From positions 168,392,001 to 168,456,000 of the forward strand of contig OZ024741.1 in NCBI GenBank assembly GCA_964016885.1: DNA of 64,000 nucleotides, written 5' to 3'. The notes below the pieces were generated by a model. It did not search any database. It had not been told where the DNA came from and saw only the letters and a program-made list of their open reading frames with translations. The DNA is from Eledone cirrhosa. Taxonomy: Eukaryota. Both the position numbers and the translations under genes were made by a program. This document shows positions 59,551 to 64,000 of this stretch, one piece after another (within the stretch, counting starts at the first letter, position 1; each line of letters begins with the position of its first letter).

Positions 59551-61639
59551 ATATATATATGTATTATTTTTTAGTAAAATAATGTATTGAAGCTTTTGAT
59601 CTTTATAATAATTTGTAACCAAGAATATCAATTATATATATATTTTTTATTTATCATTCCTACAACTGGAAAACACATTTTTTAGGAAGATGCTATAGAA
59701 AAACAGAATTTTTATCTCTTTATGTCCTGTACCACATGAAACCACATTACCATGGCATTGAAATCAAAGTCTTTACTCTAATGCTGCCAATTTTCACAAC
59801 AATCTGTGCATTAGTAAGGATATGCTAAACATTTGAATTAACAAACTGCATGAAACTCCATTAGCAAGATGCTTTTGAAAAGTACAAAACAGCACTCTGA
59901 CTCTTTTGAATTTAAAATCAACATCTTTACTCAAATAATACAAATTTTCCCTACAATTTATCCACTATTAAAGATACTATAAACATTTGAATTATCAAAC
60001 TGGTGTTTAGATATTTTCTGCGATGTCATTACAGGATCTTGAAAGTTATTGACTGTTTTATTCCTTTCAAAGAAATGAATAGTTAATTGAATAGTTTTCA
60101 GTAAATGGTTGAATAAATTAGTAAATAAAAAATGGGAAGGGAGGGGACGGCAAGAACTCTAGTGTCGCAGAAGAGAGGTGAAGGGGGAGGAGGATTGGGC
60201 TTTGGGCCTAGGGCACAGAGGTAGAAGGCTGCACCCCACAGACATGACTGTAAAAGCATTTCTGCGGACAATGGCCAGCGACACCCACTGCAACAGCCAT
60301 TATAATTTTATTTACATGTGGGCAACATAGCTCTGAGGTGGTGAATTTGCAGAGTCATTAGAACTTCGGATAGAACCCTTTCTGATACTGGTGCTGGCTC
60401 ACTGCATTCTGAGTATTCATTTGAGCTATCAGCACTTTGAGTTCAAATCTCTCTATCAACTTTGTCTTTTATTCTTCGAAGATCAATAAATAATTACCAG
60501 TCCAGACAGGTGTCAATTATTTCTCTATATCTCTTTTTCACTTCTTCCCTACCACTCTCAGTCTTTCTTCTCTGGAAGAAATCGACTGTGTTCAGACTTG
60601 GAGATGGGATAGACTCTACCAGGTTTAAAATGACCAAGACGTGCTCTATGTCACTATGACTCCATCAGGAGTTATGAATCTATACATACAATGTAGTTCT
60701 AGATACACTATATCTAAAATAAAGATGAGATGTTAAAGACATTGATCTTATATCTACTTGATTGACACTAATCCAGATCTGAACAGCAACAACATTAAAA
60801 TATCAAAATAATCGAGAATATAAAGCAACATCAACTGTAATGGAATTTAACATCAAAGCTAAGAAGATCAATATTAAATATTGATTTTCGCTGACTAAAA
60901 TTACAGTATTTAGATGAGTAAAATGTAATATTTTGATATTGAACACTTCTGTAGTATCTTTAGCCAATAACAGGAACTCGGCCATTGATCGTGTTTAACC
61001 CTAGGCCATCTATGATCAAACTTACCAAAGATCAAACATGTTTAAACCATGATCGTTCCATTGTTTAAGGGATATCTAGTACTGCGTTATCAAGTATACA
61101 TTTTCCTTTTTAAGATGAGGAAACCTCACTGCCATTTCTAGCATGTCGAGCTGGTTTTCAATCACTTTTCACATAGGACTCCTTAAATAGGTACATAGCC
61201 AGAATGTTTTAAGAGACAATTGCGCTCAATTGGAATGATGGCAATACAGAGTTGACACTTTTGTTATTAATCTCTGACTAGTCTCATGGGACTTTGAACA
61301 TAGATAGACATAAGGAAATTCTGTAAACAATAGTTCTACTGGTCTACAATTACTGTCAATGCACTCTTTTCTATTTGATACATAAGGCAATAAAGTAACA
61401 GGGTCATTAGAATACTAGCTAGAATGTTTTGTGGTATTTGTTCTGGCTCTCTGCACTCTGAGTTCAAATTTCGACAAGGTCAGCTTTGCCTTTTATCCTT
61501 TTTAGGTTGATAAATAAACTACCAGTCACATATGGGTGACAATTCTTCCTTTATCTCTCTTTCTCACTTTCTGTCAATTACTCTCACCTTTGCACTAGAA
61601 GAAATCAGCTGTATTCAGACATAGAAAACTGAATATTAA

Positions 61640-62555
61640 AGAATCCTCACAGTTTTAGAATGGATTCAGATACGAAATCACCAGAAAATGCTAAAATTCA
61701 AAATGTTTGGTTGAAATATTTAACAAGCACATATACAGCTCCAGCAAAGATAACATAGTAAAAGAACTAGAAACAACATGTGACTGGCTCAGGGAAAACC
61801 GTGTTAATCCACAAGACAAAAGGAACAACAAACCCTAACATCTATACACCTATAACAGTTGTTCTCATAATTTACATAGCTTTAATGCAATAATATCACA
61901 GTGGATAAATAAATACCTGGAGCAGAACAACTTATTTCCAAGTGAATAGGCTGGATGCTTCTAAGGATTGTTACTTGTAAGGATCAATTACTAGTCAACA
62001 AAACCATTACTGAAGAAGGAAGAATGATATGAGCAAGGCATAGGTTGATGACAGAAAGCCTTAGGCAATACTCTTTATGCATGGATCATGGAAACATTAA
62101 ACATGAGTAAGATATTACTAGTAGTAAGCAAAAACATTAAACATGAGCAAGGTAGACTCAATTGTAAGTAGATATATTTGACATGTGATGGGTAAATGGC
62201 ATTTTTTTTCTTTTCTACTGTTTTGTAAGGGGGAGGAAGGGCAGTGCCCATGGCCCTTTAAAGGACCTATACAAATGGTGAGAGAGAAAAATGTTGCGGA
62301 TGGTATTCTCAAACTGAAGATCTAACCCAAATGATTACAACAAAGTAAACTCTGCTAAAGTTACCTAAGGGATGGTGCTAAAATGGACGGTCTCTATTAA
62401 GAAAGAAATATCCCAATAAGACTATCTCTCTAAACTTCTTTTCTGTCTGGTTCCAACATCATCAGACGACATGTTAAACCAGAGAAAACTTGGATATAAA
62501 AGATATGTGGGATCAATCAACTACCTTCCATATATACTTGACCTTAAGTTACAAG
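61640..62555 (+). pseudogene. Degenerate R4/Dong-like non-LTR RT fragment
   Basis: KSP...KIQNVWLKYL, Y.PIT, CKDQLLVNK.I, IKK.I.Q.D.LS.LLFCL and IN.L.Y..DLKL, with an unrelated insert at about 62095-62310. Confidence 0.65.
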
Positions 62556-63401
62556 TTACAAATTGTGAAGTTGGTTGGCCCTGCAGTTAAGGTGTTTAAC
62601 TTCCAATAATATGGTCATGGGTTTGATTTCTAGATTGGGCATTGTGTTCTTGAACTAGATGCTTTGTTTCACAATTACTTTTTTTATATTAGAACTGGGA
62701 CTCTTATTATTAGAACACTTGAGAAACATATGAGATACAACTTTGTAGGAGGTCAACTAAATCTTCATAGGTGTGAACTGTTAATTTCACATTTCATACA
62801 CTACAAATTAAGTTTTAACATTCTGTAATGATTTAGCAAAAATATCTCAAAAACAGGTTTGTTAATTGAAATGTTTATAGTATCTTTACTAGTCTTTGTG
62901 AAGACCTGCCATATTAGAATAATAACTTTTTAATCAATTTTCAATGTGATGCAGTCATAGTCATTTTTTGTATTTTTCAGGAATGATTTACCAATGGATT
63001 TATATGGTACAGGATGTTAAAAGTTAAAGAAAAAAAAAGAAAATCTAGAAAACACTATTGATGGAATTATTTGATTAGTTGATATGCAATGTGCATCAGA
63101 AAAAAATGAGTCAAGACAATCTTGAAGAGAGACAAATTAAGAAAACTAATGTTATGTTACATAAAGAAGTACAGATAAGAGAGTTATGCCATACTCAAAC
63201 GTATTTAATGTTACATAAAGGAATAGAAATAAGAGATTTAGACCATACATAATCTTATAGATACTTAATAATTAATGACTTCAATATAGTGCAACATGAA
63301 TACAAATGAAAGTTAAAGGCTGGAAAGAAGAAATATTATGGATGCATTAGATTAATACTTAAAATAGTGCTAAAAGCGAAGACTATATATATGTGTGTGT
63401 G

Positions 63402-63457
<56 letters not shown>

Positions 63458-63521
63458 CATAGATATAAATACTTATATATCTATCTTATTACTGAAACAT
63501 CTAGAGAATTTATATATATGT

Positions 63522-63583
<62 letters not shown>

Positions 63584-64000
63584 ATGTGTGTGTACATATA
63601 TATAAATATATATTAAATATATATATATATATATATGTTTGTGTGTGTATACATATATCGATCAACTCTCTAGAGGTTTTACTAATAAGATATAATTATA
63701 GTATTCTCGACTGGACACTAAATGAATTACCAAGAATATACAGTAAAACAAGAAAAAACGAAGACTACATTTAGAATACAGCACCAAGTATTTCACAGAT
63801 AAATCATATTTCCCAAGAATATATAGAATGTATTTCGTAATAAGAAAACTATTATAAACTAGTATTACCTGCTATATGACAGGTAATTTTCAGAGAATAT
63901 AATCGCCACTGTGGGTAACAGTGGGTACACACACCACACACACATATACACACACACGCGTGCGCACACACACACACATACACACAAACACAGACACACA

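Noticed and set aside
62962-63012. Acceptor-like TTTTTGTATTTTTCAG followed by 26 nt and a weak GTACAG
   Set aside because: Weak donor, too short to assess, and no homology or companion exons.

Overview
AT-rich, microsatellite-saturated eukaryotic DNA with no host protein-coding exon I can support. The SINE families and the (TA)n/(CA)n/(GAT)n load suggest a coleoid cephalopod such as Octopus (inference). The window is a transposon graveyard. It holds a near-full-length but disrupted Tx1/L1-group element with a second copy stacked on it at (TTA)n, several RTE LINE copies with a PHD finger embedded in the RT protein, R4-, CRE- and RTEX-like remnants, and two main tRNA-derived SINE families. It also holds a pogo-family element, piggyBac-type TTAA MITEs, non-autonomous Helitrons, two probable solo LTRs, a long-TIR foldback family and several Penelope-like element (PLE) remnants. 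The most striking unannotated signal is a dense set of type I hammerhead ribozyme motifs: about 8 loci from at least 6 unrelated sequence families, plus mirror and truncated copies. Many have a palindromic stem III, a following AATAAA and a long stem II, and two loci form head-to-head palindromes. Many other long foldback structures are present. Most short ORFs in the supplied track are microsatellite artefacts. All alignments and pairings were done by eye.
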